Part shown: piece after piece, positions 12,900-25,600 of the stretch
How positions within the stretch are numbered: the first letter of the stretch is position 1
How the letters are laid out: every line of letters begins with the position of its first letter
Assembly: GCA_023213395.1 (NCBI GenBank)
Contig: CM041465.1
Location: 96,789,741 to 96,853,740, forward strand
Reading direction: 5' to 3'
Source of the DNA: Cycas panzhihuaensis
Taxonomy: Eukaryota > Plantae > Cycadophyta
DNA: 64,000 bases
Notes under the pieces: generated by a model
The model's database searches: none
The model's input: only the letters and a program-made list of their open reading frames with translations
Told to the model about the DNA's origin: nothing
Made by a program: the position numbers and the translations under genes

Positions 12900-14892
12900 A
12901 GTCATTATTTACCAATATAGGAGGAAGTGGTATTCAACCACTAAGTAGAATGGGCTAAGGGAGTGGAGCAAGACTAGTCAAACCTTATATTATTGTAAAA
13001 GCAACTAGACCTTCTCAAGTATACAATTTGATGGATTAACATAGCTAGGAGATCATTTAGCATTATTAAAAAGTATGCTAAAAATAAAGAAAGTCATAGA
13101 TCCAAAGGATATAAAAGCCTAATTTTTTTTCTACTTTACAGGGAGTAGCAGTTACATGGTTCTAGTATGTTGCAACATAAACTCTATCATGGGATAGATT
13201 GCAAGACCAATTTTTTGATTGAATCCAAAACTTGAGAGACCCTATGGCCATTTTTGAAGCCCTAGAAGAAACAAAGCAATATCCCAGAGAATCTATAAAT
13301 GATTTTGATGGCCAAATAAGGATAACAATGAGTAAAGTATAACTAATAATAGGAATTAGTCTAATACTAATGATGAAATATTTTGTTCAAGGCCTAATTC
13401 CACAATTAAGAGATAAAGTCATGTTGCAGCTAATGAATAATTATGAATAAGTATGCGAGCTAGCTTTGAAATTTGAGAATCAAATGAAGAATGTATACTT
13501 TTAATAGGCAAATAAACAGACAAGACAAATAGGTATGTTTTTTTCTCAACCATCATCAGTAATATAGACATGGGGAACATATAATGAAACACTCTAAATA
13601 GGAATAAATCTAGAGATTGAAGTATTGAGAAAGGAGGCTAAAACATTAAAACAACAACCATCAGTGGTAATACTGGCTAATATGCACCAGAACTAAGAGA
13701 TGGAGAAAGTACAAGCATAATTAGCTAGGTTGCATTTAGAAAAATCATGAGATAATATATTATGTCCAACACTATACAATAAAAAAGGACATCTAAGGAA
13801 TAAACATAATAAAGTGCTAGCATGGAGTGAATATTATAAGAAAACAAACGATAATATGTGGGAATGTTGTTCTTGACCTAAGAATGATATCTACAATGTA
13901 TTCCTAAAAAATTTAGAAAAAATAAAAAGGCAATATAAAGGGAAGACAAAGCTAGTCCATTATTTTCTATGCCAAATATGGGGTTATTTTAGATCATACT
14001 ATCTGTTAGAGAAAAAGGGTGGAGAATTCATCTGTGAAGAATATGGACTAGAAGATCATAAGTGGATAAATTATCCAAAAAATAAAACACAGAATGCTAA
14101 TTTAGTTATGATCATTCTAGATAAGGAAGTACCCCTCCCGTTGCAAACATAAAGTGGGAAGGTAACTTCCACACCTATCCAAGATACTTTCTTGGATCTG
14201 GTACTTTAGAAAGCTAAATTCTACAAGATGTAATAGGTGAAGCTTAGCAAGAAGAAGCCTAACATGAGGGACAATTTAGAGGACAAACATATAAGCGATA
14301 AGCAAGCTATAAAAAAATTTAGTGAAAAGAAGGTATGAATCTATGGTTAAGGCTTCAAAGGGTTAATGATTTATTAATCAAACTAGGAGTCTTAATTCCT
14401 ATTGCAATTGTATTTAAATGGTATAAGGCAGGTTATTTTCAATAATTAGTTCTAGACTAGATAAAAAAGCTTGTAATGAGAGTTGTCAAAGAGAAAGGGT
14501 TGACTTAAGGGTGCTAATAATTATTTTTGGGATGATGCTATGTAAAATAATCATGGATGGAGGATTAAGAGTTAATATGCTCCTTGAGTCTTCTTGGATT
14601 GAATTGGGAAGGCTAGAAATGGTTGCATGAGATTATTCAATAAGATTGGCCAACTAATTGTAAGTGAGACCAATGGGAACATTAATGAATGTTTCAACCA
14701 TGATTACAAGAATCATTATCCTATTAGATTTTGTAGTGGTGTAGGTGCAGAATAGAAGGAGAATGTATACAACATTATTAGGTAGATCTTGGTTATTAGC
14801 TACAAAAGTTAATTAAGACTAGGGAGAATTTACATTTATGCTGAAAGAAAGAAATAAAGCTATGACACTACCATTATACTCAGATGGCCTTC
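12900..14892 (+). pseudogene. gag: Gag + protease relic of element C
   Basis: QFDGLT*LGDHL...STLQGVAVTWF...WDRLQDQF...KQYPRESINDF...FVQGL; four decayed CCHC knuckles at 13750-14080; protease IIMDGGLRVNML...LLGRSWL. Confidence 0.85.
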
Positions 14893-15077
14893 TGAGGTGA
14901 CCTGAAGTCACTCTCGTAAATAATATCTAGAAAATATTATTAATTGAATTGAATTACTTCCTTTGATACCTATCTATTCAGTATGTTATGTATTTATGAT
15001 TGTCTATTGAAGGGATGTGATTATTTATTAATAGTCACCCCCCTTCATTAACTAAGTTAATTAATAGGTTTGTTACA
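14893..15077 (-). repeat. 3' LTR of element E
   Basis: TG...CA termini; matches 20792-20976. Confidence 0.95.
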
Positions 15078-15109
15078 AGGCCTCCCTTTTGAAAAATACT
15101 TTGCCCTCA

Positions 15110-18100
15110 AAGCATAGACGTATTATCCCGTAGATGAGAATGTTTGTCCACAATCGATGCCCATTCCCAAGAAGCGTCTTCCACTGGAAGTTGTTTCCAT
15201 TTGATGAGATATTCTCGAATAGTTCTGGATCTTAATTGATGCTCTCATACTTGAAGGATGGTTTTGGGAATTAAGAGGACAAGACCTTCTTTATTTAGCA
15301 TTGGTAGTTCAACTTACGCTAGTATTCCTATACGCAATCATTGTTTTAAACAAGACACATGAAAAACATTATGAATATGAGAATTAGTAAGTAAGTTAAG
15401 GGCATAAGAAACTTCTCCTATTTTTTTGCATATGCGATATGACCCATAGAAATGCAGATTGAGTTTTTCTTTTTTTGACTTTTTAAGAGATGTTTGTTTA
15501 TATGGTTGTAGGCATAAATTAACCCAATCACCTTCTAAAAAATTTTGTTCAATATGATATAAATCAACTTGTTATTTACTTCTATTTTGGGCATTAGAAA
15601 GATGTTCTTTTAACATTATAATTATATTTTTTTGATTCTTACAACTACTCATCAACTGTTGGAATACGTGAATTTGAATAGACCCAATCTTTTAATGATG
15701 TAGGTTCATAACCATATAAAGCTTGAAAGGGGGTCATTTTAATAGATATGTGATAAGTTATATTATACCATCCTTTTGCCAAATGTAACCACTTAACCCA
15801 ACTACTTGGTTTATCACTAACAAAACTTCAAAGATAAGTTTCTAAATATTTATTAACAATTTCAGTTTGACCATCTGTTTGAGGATGGTAATTGGTGCTC
15901 ATATTTAGGGTGGTACCTAGTTGTTTAAATAATTCTTGCAAAAATTTACATTGGAATTTAAGATCTCTATCACTGATAACGACTTTTGGTATTCCATAGA
16001 GTTTGTAAACTTCCTTCATGAATATTGATGTAATCTAATGAGCTTTAAAATCACTTTGTATAGCCATGAAATGAGCATATTTAGTCAAACGATCTACCAC
16101 CACAAAGATACCATCTTTATTATCTGATTTTTGTAACCTTGTGATAAAATCCATACTTATACTTTCCCATTTTCTATGTGGAATGGGTAAAAGTTGTAAT
16201 AATCTTAGAGGAAGAATATTTTTATATTTTGCAGTTTGACATACTTCACACTCACTAACGAACTTCTGGTTTTCCTTTTTCATTCCCTTCCAGAAAAAAG
16301 AATTCCTTATTTGGCAATATATTTTATAAAATCCTATATGTCTTGTTGATAGTACGATATGTTCTTCCTTCAAAATCTGTTGTTTAAATTTTGATTTTTA
16401 TCCTAGATAAATTCGACCTTTATACCATAAGATATCATTTTTCCATTCAAAATTTTTTTGAGGTTCCCTTTTAATTTTATTAATTAGTTGGCTTATATCA
16501 AAATCCTTAGTGTATTCTACTCGTATATCATCTAACCATCCTAGACTAATCATAGTAATGGATTAAAGTTGGGCTTCTTTATCTCGACGTGATAGAGCAT
16601 CAACTAATACATTTGTTTTTCCTTTTTTGTACCATATTTCAAAATCATATGTTTGTAACTTTGTAACCTATTTTTATTATTCGGTTGACAATTCATGTTA
16701 TTTTAAGAAATATTGTAGGCTATTATGATCTGTTTTGACTAAAAAATTGCTTCTTAATAAATATTGTTACCATTTATGAAGAACATGCATAATGGCTAAT
16801 ATTTCTTTATCATAAGTAGTTTTAAGTTTTTCTCGCTTATTTAATTATTGACTTTCACAAGCAATGGGTATACCTTGTTTCTTTAGAACAACTCCAATGC
16901 CTATTCTAGAAGCATCACATTCTATGGTAAATATTTTTGGAAAATCTGGAGTTACTAATAATGGTGAGGTCATCATAACTATTTTGAGATTTCAAAACAT
17001 GAATATGCTGCCTCATTCCACCTAAAGGAGCCCTTTCTAAGTAGTTTAGTAAGATCATTAGTAATATGTGCATAATTCTTAACAAATCTTTGGTAATAAC
17101 CAGTAAGTCCCAAAAATCCTCTTAACATTTTGATTGTACATAGAGTTGGCCATTCCATTATTGCCTTAATTTTATCTAGATCAGCTTTAACTCCATCTTT
17201 AGAAATGATATGTCCTAAATAATTTATTTATTATTTGCTAAAGCTAATTTAGATTTTTTTGCGAAAAAACTTTGTTCTTGTAAGATATCCAGGATTTTAT
17301 CTACATGGTTGAGGTAATCTTCCTAATTTTTGTTGTAGATTAGTATGTCATCAAAGAATACTAATACAAATTTCCTTAGATAAGGTGAAACACTCTTATT
17401 CATGGTTGCTTGGAAGGTAGCAGGTGCATTACATAATCCAAATGGCATTACTTTGAATTCATAATATCCTTCCTGTGTAGGAAATACTATTTTATATGTA
17501 TCTTGATCTCTTATTTTAATATGATAATATCCAGATTTGAGGTCCAATTTTATAAAATACTGAGCACCATAAAGTTCATCGAGTAACTCATCAATTCTTG
17601 GAATAGGAAATCTATTTTTAATGATAATTTTATTGAGGGCCCGATAATCAACCTACATTTTGAATGAAACATCCTTTTTTCTTGCTAATACGACCAGTGT
17701 AGCAAAGGGACTTTTACTAGATGTAATTATCCCAAGATCTAATAATTCATGGACTATTCATTCAATTTCATTTTTATGCTTATAAGGATGTCGATATGGT
17801 TTGATTATAGTAGGATTTATATTTTTCTCTAGCTCAATTATATATTCCATACCTTAATCAAGTGGTAATATAGCTAGAAGTTCTCAAAATACAATACCAT
17901 ATTTATCTATCAGATCCTTCATTTGACTGTTCCTTATTTCATGTTGATTAGTTTCCATCTTAATTGAAAATAATTGAATCACACAACCTGGATACCCTTT
18001 GTGAAGTAATTTATTCATTTGGTATGAAGTCACTTACTAGGGTTCTGGCATTAACATTCCTTATAATGTGATGGTTCTATTATTCTCTTTAAATCTTATA

Positions 18101-19607
18101 AACATTTCTTGTAAGTTTGTTTTATAAGTTCCTAACGTCCTTAACCATTGACTTCCCAAAACTACATTGACTCCTCTAATTTTAATGACAAAAAAATCAG
18201 CCCTCAAAACATAATCTTCGAATGAAATTTTAAGGTTTTTTAAGATTCCTTCACCATGAATTTATTTGTGGCCACTAATTTAAACTTGAAATGTAGGAAT
18301 TTTTGTGATTTATAACCTTAGAGTATGAGCAATATGGCAGTCAATAAAATTATAGGTACTACCTAAATCAATTAGAGTAATTAATCCTCTTTTTTTTTAT
18401 GAACCCTTTGATCTTTAATGTTTCTGGCATTGCTATTCCTACTATAGCTGATAAGGATATTATGGGTGCTTCTTCAATTACTTCTTCATTATTAACATAA
18501 TCCTCTATTTCTATAGGATCCTCTATTTCTTCCATAGATTCTTTGTTAGAGATGACTAATGAATATAGTCTTCACTCTTAACACTTATGCCCTCTTTCTC
18601 TTTTCTTATTACACCAATAACAAGTTCCTTTTTGTCCATGTTCTTCTATTTCTTTTTCTGATAGTTGACAAAATCTTTAATGATTGTTTGATGGATTAAT
18701 TCCCTTTATAACATATGAATCATTTTTATTACTTGTTTCCCTTATGATATGCGGTTAGAAAGTCCCTTTATTTCTCAACATTGGTGGTTGATAATAAGAT
18801 TTCTATTTTGACTCAAAGGCTTTTTCCAAATGAATGGCCTCACTTAGTTCTTGTGGTTTTTGTGCCTTAACATCTACCTTAATATCATTTTATAATCTTG
18901 ATATAAATAGTTCAATCTTTCGTGATAATGAAAAGTTAGTCACCTTATAGACCAATCCCGTAAAATTTTGACAATACTCTTCTACTTATGTTTTCTGTTG
19001 ATGTTTACTTAGTTGGGAAAAATGATGATTATTCCATGTGTCTTCAAAATATTCTTCTAATGCTATCACAAACTATTTCCAAGATGCTTCGTTCTCATTT
19101 TCTTCCTATTCTTGCATCCACATCAACCACCAATCATATGCCTTACCTGACATGTACATGACAATATGTAATATTCTATCCTTATCATCTTCAATGGATT
19201 GTAGTAGGAAAAATATTTCTAGTTTTTGTAACCATTCATGAATGGTATCTTTTGAACCGTCGAACTAAGATATGTTTATTTTTCTTCCTCCTATTCTTTT
19301 TATATGTTTATTATGTTTTTAAAGTTGAGCGGTAATGTAATCGGCCTTTGTCTATTTTTTTTTTTAATGATGGATATAAATGGTTCCATTCCTTGTTGTA
19401 TTTGATGATTGCCTCTTCATTATCATTATTTGTTGAAGTGGTGTTTAATAGGAAAAATGTATTTCTTTCTTTTTTATTATTCAGAAGAATCTTGCTTTTA
19501 TTAGCTATTTCCCTTAATGTTGTTCTCATATCTTCTAATCCACCCTTGATTCCAGACATTTTCCTCTTAATTTCTGTCACTTCTTCTTGTAACTTTTTTG
19601 CATCCAT
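15110..19607 (-). pseudogene. gag-pol relic of E (Gag, PR, RT, RH, INT, chromodomain)
   Basis: RT DLKSGY...[14 protein letters not shown]...VFFDDILIY; INT WESISMDFI...[12 protein letters not shown]...[10 protein letters not shown]; chromodomain-like REYLIKWKQLPVEDASWE at ~15165-15220; many stops. Confidence 0.92.
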
Positions 19608-19880
19608 ATTTTTGATAATTATATATATAAAATTCCACAGATTATTTTTTATACTCGATATAAGTAATTGAAATTATTTATTTTTACCACTATAATTGGA
19701 TTATGGTTACGCGATGAATGATAGTAATAACAAGTTCCTCTATTAATAAATATCTTGACAATCTTTTGTTCTATCGTTAACGAATCCTTAAATGCTATCC
19801 AACATCAATTATTTTTAGACTGAAATTATTTATTGATGTTATTATTCCAGTCCTTTATTTGGTTATATCATAATCCCTTG

Positions 19881-19906
19881 ATATATATATATATATATAT
19901 ATATAT
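19881..19906. repeat. (AT)13 microsatellite in the leader of E
   Basis: Direct reading. Confidence 0.95.
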
Positions 19907-20791
19907 CAATTGCTTGCATCTTAACTCAAACTTGTTAATAAGTATAAGAATTGTATTATACTTATAACTCTTATGAGGTATTAATATTGGTTCTATTGAA
20001 CTAATAGTTGATGCTTGAGTTATGGAATCTCATATATATATACCAGAGTTGAATGGCCTGATTAATATTGATGCAACTGCTGGTAATATTGTCAGTCGTT
20101 GACTTATATATTATAATATATCACCACCAGACTATGTAAACATCAACGATATCGATAACAATATTTCTGTATGGTAATTAACTCGTCACAACCTAATTAA
20201 ATGGAGAATATAATAACACCTATTATTGTTCTTTATTAATTGGCTAGTAAGTGTGAGTTTAGAAGATTTGAGATGAGCAGCTTGGACAAGAAGGTGACAA
20301 CGATATAACATAGATCAACACAGTTTATGTAACAACTAGACTGTAATAAAGAGGGAATAATGCAGCTGATAAATGCATTAACATAATGATAATATGTGAT
20401 GATTAAGATGGCTATTGTGATGTCTTCATAATATTTACTATGACTATGTATTGGCTGCAATGTGTGAGGCTTGTATTTAATCCTATTGCATATTATTTAT
20501 GACTGAATATTAGAGCTGCGATCAATGATTGAGTAATAGAGCTGCCGAGGATTAGATGAAGACGTATAGTAGAATGACCAAATCACTGTAGGATTAATGT
20601 GATGTTTAATGTATCTTTAGTGATTACAGAATTGATGGTGTGTACACTTAAGAGATATGGCAGGGAATGTGTAAGCAACTACTTAAGCGAATTAGGCTAG
20701 CTGTAGAAATATTTAGAGGCACTTAGATACTGGAGACAAAATGTTAATCACAATTTGAAGATACCCCAAAAGGTCCTACTCTGATACCACT

Positions 20792-20976
20792 TGAGGTGAC
20801 CTGAAGTCACTCTCATAAATAATATATAGAAAATATTATTAATTGAATTGAATTACTTCCTTTGATACCTGTCTATTCAGTATGTTACATATTTATGATT
20901 GTCTATTGAAGGGATGTGACTATTTATTAATAGTCATCCCCTTTCATTAACTAAGTTAACTAATAAGTTTGTTACA
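20792..20976 (-). repeat. 5' LTR of element E
   Basis: Adjacent to the iMet PBS; matches 14893-15077. Confidence 0.95.
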
Positions 20977-21283
20977 CCCTCAAGTTAAAAAGATAGCTGA
21001 TAAAGAATAAGCATCATCTACAACCATGGGATCAGAATCCATTGTAAGCCTATATTCAAAAATTGTTTACTAGCTTCAACCAAATGCACCAAGTAGTGCA
21101 TTATCAACATACATGATGAATTAGTTGCAGAATGCTTAAGAAGAAACTAAATTTGCTCTATGCTACAAGCTAGAAGGATGTATAGACTCTCTAGTATTAG
21201 AAGACTCAACAAAAGATGAATTGGTAAATCTCCAAATAGAAGAGGTCATAAGGAGAATGGAAGAAAGTTTCACAAAAGGAGAT

Positions 21284-21482
21284 AAATTCTAGGGTCAAGC
21301 AAATTAGGAAAACAACCATATAGAATATTATACTCAATTGTTAATAAATAATAATCAACATGAAAATTTTTATTACTTGTTCTTATTATCTCTTGAAGGT
21401 TAAGCTACCATATGGTTTTCAGTTTATGGTAGTAAATTTAGATCATAGAATGAATTATGCAAATTTTTTTATTAAGATTTCA
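21284..21482 (+). pseudogene. Extra capsid-like module 1 within Pol of element C
   Basis: KF*GQAN*ENNHIEYY...YYLFLLSLEG*ATIWFSVYGSKFRS*NELCKFFY*DF matches the retrotransposon Gag pattern F-G...H...LF..SL.G.A..WF...W.EL...F...F. Confidence 0.7.
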
Positions 21483-22536
21483 TGATCCAGGAGGATCTAC
21501 CATATGTTTACAGGATGCAGAAAATGCTAGGCATTGGCATAACTAAAAGAGATATGGCCAAATGGTATCAAAATTCTATGAAATTTTGTTTAAAGGGATA
21601 AGACACATCTCACTAGATGTGTAAAAAAGGTGGGGTTCAGAAAATATCATTTGATTAGAGTTCAAGCCTTGTCTTTGCATAAAAATTAATCCCACAGTTA
21701 GCAGAAAAAAACAGAAAATATATATTTTGATTATATAAATAGAAACATGGCCAAATGACATCCAAATGAGCTAAAATTTTGAGAAAGAAGAGGAGACATA
21801 TGTTCCGATACGTGTACAAAATTTTAGCTGAATTGGAGTCCATTAAGGTCAGTTACAAGCCACAACTTTTATGAATTGTATGAAGGCCACTTGGATAGCA
21901 GAAAAATAGCAAATACATATTATTAATAAATGAATAAAAACGTAGTCAAATGACATCCAAATGAGCTGAAAATTTGAGGAAGATGAGGGGACATACGTTC
22001 CTATACGTGTACCAAATTTGAGCCAAATTGGAGTACGTTAAGATCTGTTACAAACTGTAACGTTTTAAGAATTGTATGAAGGCCACTTGGACAACATGCA
22101 TTCTGGTGGTTAGTGGTTATACTTGCATGATTGCCACTTGTTAAACATGCAATTCAGGTTTCTTTCTATAAATTGAGCCCTTCTACAGGTTGGAGAGGTG
22201 GTTCTTGGAGACTTGACTTGGGAAGCATCCTTGGAGAAGCATTTGGAGGGTTGGAATCCCCCTTATGGTATAATTGTAACATTTACTCCTTGTAATTTTA
22301 CCATTCTTTTGCTAGTTGATTTCTCCACCATTAAATGGAGATTTTCATGGTTTAATAAAAGTATTACTCATCATACTTTTGGATCAATGTCAAGAATAAT
22401 TGATTTGGTGTAGAATTTTCCTTTCATGGGCTCATTGTTGTTTTGATGTTATTGAGCTTTCTACACTAACTCCCAGGATCTCAAGGAGGAAAGGTTGATA
22501 ATTGATTTCTTCACCAACTAAGCTCTTTTGGGACCA
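21483..22536 (+). repeat. 5' LTR of element F (contains ~195-bp internal repeats)
   Basis: TGATCC...GGACCA; matches 27143-28195. Confidence 0.95.
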
Positions 22537-22667
22537 TATTTTGGTATCGAGCCTCGATCTTTGTTGTAGGGACTTGAATGGTACAAACAAGGAAAGGATA
22601 CAAAGAGAAAGGTGAAGACTTTCTTGTGTTGCAATCACCAAGAAGACAAAGAAAGAATCCAAGCACC

Positions 22668-25600
22668 ATGGTGAAAAGAAGATGGAGAAATTAGATTTGA
22701 AAGGCTTGAGAAGAACGTCAAGCCTTGATGCAAATGATGACCCACCTTCTACCTCTAGTTAAAGGAAAAGGCAAAGAGAAGGAATTTGAAGGAGGATCCA
22801 CATATGACCACGACCATGAAGAGGAAGAGGAGGAGACCTTAAAGCACTCTTTTGAAGAAAGCAAGGGTACTTCATCTCATCAACCCTTCAAGGTGGAGGC
22901 AAAGTTGGATATTCCAACTTATGATGGAGAGGTAAATGCTGAAAAGTTGGACCATTGGTTGGATCAACTTGAAACCTACTTCACAATCTATGCTTATAGT
23001 AATGCTCAAAAGCTTTCATTTGCTAGGCTCAAGTTGTGTAAACATGCATTGACATGGTGGAATGCATATTTAAAGACTCATGATGTATCTTCTTTTCATG
23101 GAGGGATTTTAAGAAAATAATAAAGAAGTAATTCTACCCCATAGGTCATGAGGAAGACCAATGGGTCACTTGGCAATATTTACGCCAAGGGAGAGGTGTA
23201 AGTGTCCAAGACTATACTTCTTTATTTTTTAGGCATGGCATGCTACTCAGTATTAATATGGATGAACATGTCACTCTTATGAAATTCATTGGAGGATTAC
23301 ATGAATACATAAGGAAGGAACTAAGGCTTTTTAAGGTTCAATCCATTGGAGAAGCAAGTAGGATGGCTATGACAATAGAAAGTAAAAGTAAGAAATCTAC
23401 ATTCATATCTAAAGATTCTACTTTTACTTCTAATAAGTATGAAAAGAATCCTAAATGGCACTCATCAAAAAGGCAAGAAGGAAAGAAGAAAAAAACTAAT
23501 TTTGTTAAAAGTTCTAACTATTGTGAGCATTGTGATATTAGTGGTCATATTACAGCAAAGTGTTGGAAGTTGCATCTAGAACTAAAGCTGAAGCATATCA
23601 AGGATATGGAATTAAGAAAGAAGGAAAAAGGGAAAGCACTACTTTCCGAGGTGGAGATTCAAAGTGAAGGAGAAGAAGAGAAGGTCACTCTAGTTACAAA
23701 TTATGAAGATGATGCTACAAGAGAGGAACTATTTCACTTGAAGCTTCAAGTGGGAAATAGTATGATTGGTGCCATTATAGATCCAGGAAGCCAAAAGAAT
23801 TTGATCTCAGAAAGTTTGGTAAAGAGCATTGGTTTGGTAACTACTCCTCACCCTCATCCATATCCTCTTGGTTGGATCCATAAAGATGTGGAAATGCAAA
23901 TATCAAAGCAATGTACACTTAAATTTTCCATCACTAATGATTTTGTTGATGAGGTAATATGTGATGTGGTGCCTCTGGTTGTTTGCCTTGTTGTGCTTGG
24001 TTGTCCCTTCTTGTGGGTTCGTGTTGCTCTCTTCTATTGAAGGAGAGAAAGTATCGATTGATGAAGGATAACAAGGGCTTCATCATAAAGGCCACAAAGA
24101 AGCACTTGGATAAGATAGCATTAATTTCAGCTACTCAAGCAAAAAGGATGATCAATGCATGTGGTAAATTTGTCATCTTAATGGTAAGGAGAAAAGAAGA
24201 GCCAAGAGATGAAGAAGGTCCTTCTACTCACACTCTTCTTATATCACCTAAACAAATGCAACAAATTGAGGAGTTAAAGACAAGGTATGATATTCTATTT
24301 CAACATGTTGATGGGCTTCCACCAAAGAGAAAGATAGAGCATGAAATCACTCTTGTAGGAGATGCACCATTACTTAATGTTGCTTTGTATAGGCACTCCA
24401 TTGTAGAAAATAATGAGATAAAGAGGCAAGTTGAGGAGTTGCTTGATCAAGGGGTCATAAGACCTTCATGTTTACCTTGTGGGTCACCAATTGTCTTGGT
24501 GCCTAAGAAGGATGGAGGATGGAGAATGTGTATAGATTTTTGTGCTTTGAATAAAATTACAATTAAAAATCGCTACCCTTTGCCTCGTATAGATGATTTG
24601 CTTGATCAAATTCAATGCTTGTTATTTCACTAAATTGGATTTAAAAGTGGTTATCACCAAGTTAGGGTCAAGGAGGAGGACACATGGAAGACGGCCTTCA
24701 AAACAAAGCAAGGACTCTTTGAATGGATGGTTATGCCTTTCGGATTGTGTAATGCTCCGCAACATTCATGAGGTTAATGAATGAAATATTAAGGCCTTAC
24801 TTGGATAATTTTGTTGTTGTCTATCTTGATGACATTTTGATTTTCAACAACACATGGGAGGAACATTTGCAGCACATAGAAGAAGTTTTAAAGACTATGG
24901 CTAAGCATCATTTGAAGCTTAATGTGAAGAAGTATGAATTTGGCAAGGAGAACTTGATCTTCTTAGGCTTTGTGGTTGGAGGAGGAAAGTTGAGCATTGA
25001 TCCACTCAAGACTCAAGCCATCCTCAAATGGCCTAGGCCAACAAACATCATAGAGGTGAGAAGTTTTTTAGGAGCTTGTCAATACTTGAGAAAGTTCATT
25101 CTTCATTTCTCACAGTTGACACCTCTACATGGATTGACAAAATCTAGTAGAAAGTTTACTTGGGGTTCCAAGGAGGAAGAAGCCTTTCTTCTTTTAAAGA
25201 AGAAAATTTGTGAAGCACTTAGGTTTTGGCAATGCCAAATTTGCAAAGGCCTTTTGAAGTCGGGCGATGCGAGTGGAAATGCGATGGAAGCTGTCCTTAT
25301 TCAAGATGGGAAGCCTATTGCGTACCATTCGGAAGTCTTCACCTCTCAAGTGAAGAACTACCCAACATATGATCGAGAAATGTTCGCACTTCATCAAGCA
25401 TGCAAGCATTGGAGGTCATACTTGCTCGGAAAAGAGGTTGTAGTTCATACCGATCATAAGCCTCTTCAATTTTTACAAACTCAAAGTAAATTACTGAAGC
25501 AAGACACATGAAGTGGCTGAGTTAGTCACAACACCTCAATATTATAATTAAGTATAAAAGGGATCTAATAACAAAATTGCGATATGTTATCTAGACCACC

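Larger units (their letters stand above)
14893..20976 (-). mobile_element. Element E: complete but decayed chromovirus (Reina-like), ~6.1 kb
   Basis: 185-bp LTRs with ~10 differences; TSD ccttc/ccctc; PBS TGGTATCAGAGT (iMet) at 20778-20789; PPT next to 15078. Confidence 0.95.

Noticed and set aside
21576-22662. Duplicated small ORFs (also at 27235-28072)
   Set aside because: They are a by-product of the LTR duplication.
23100-24040. Programmed gag-pol frameshift in F
   Set aside because: Frameshifts are scattered throughout, including inside RT, RH and INT, so they are mutations or errors.
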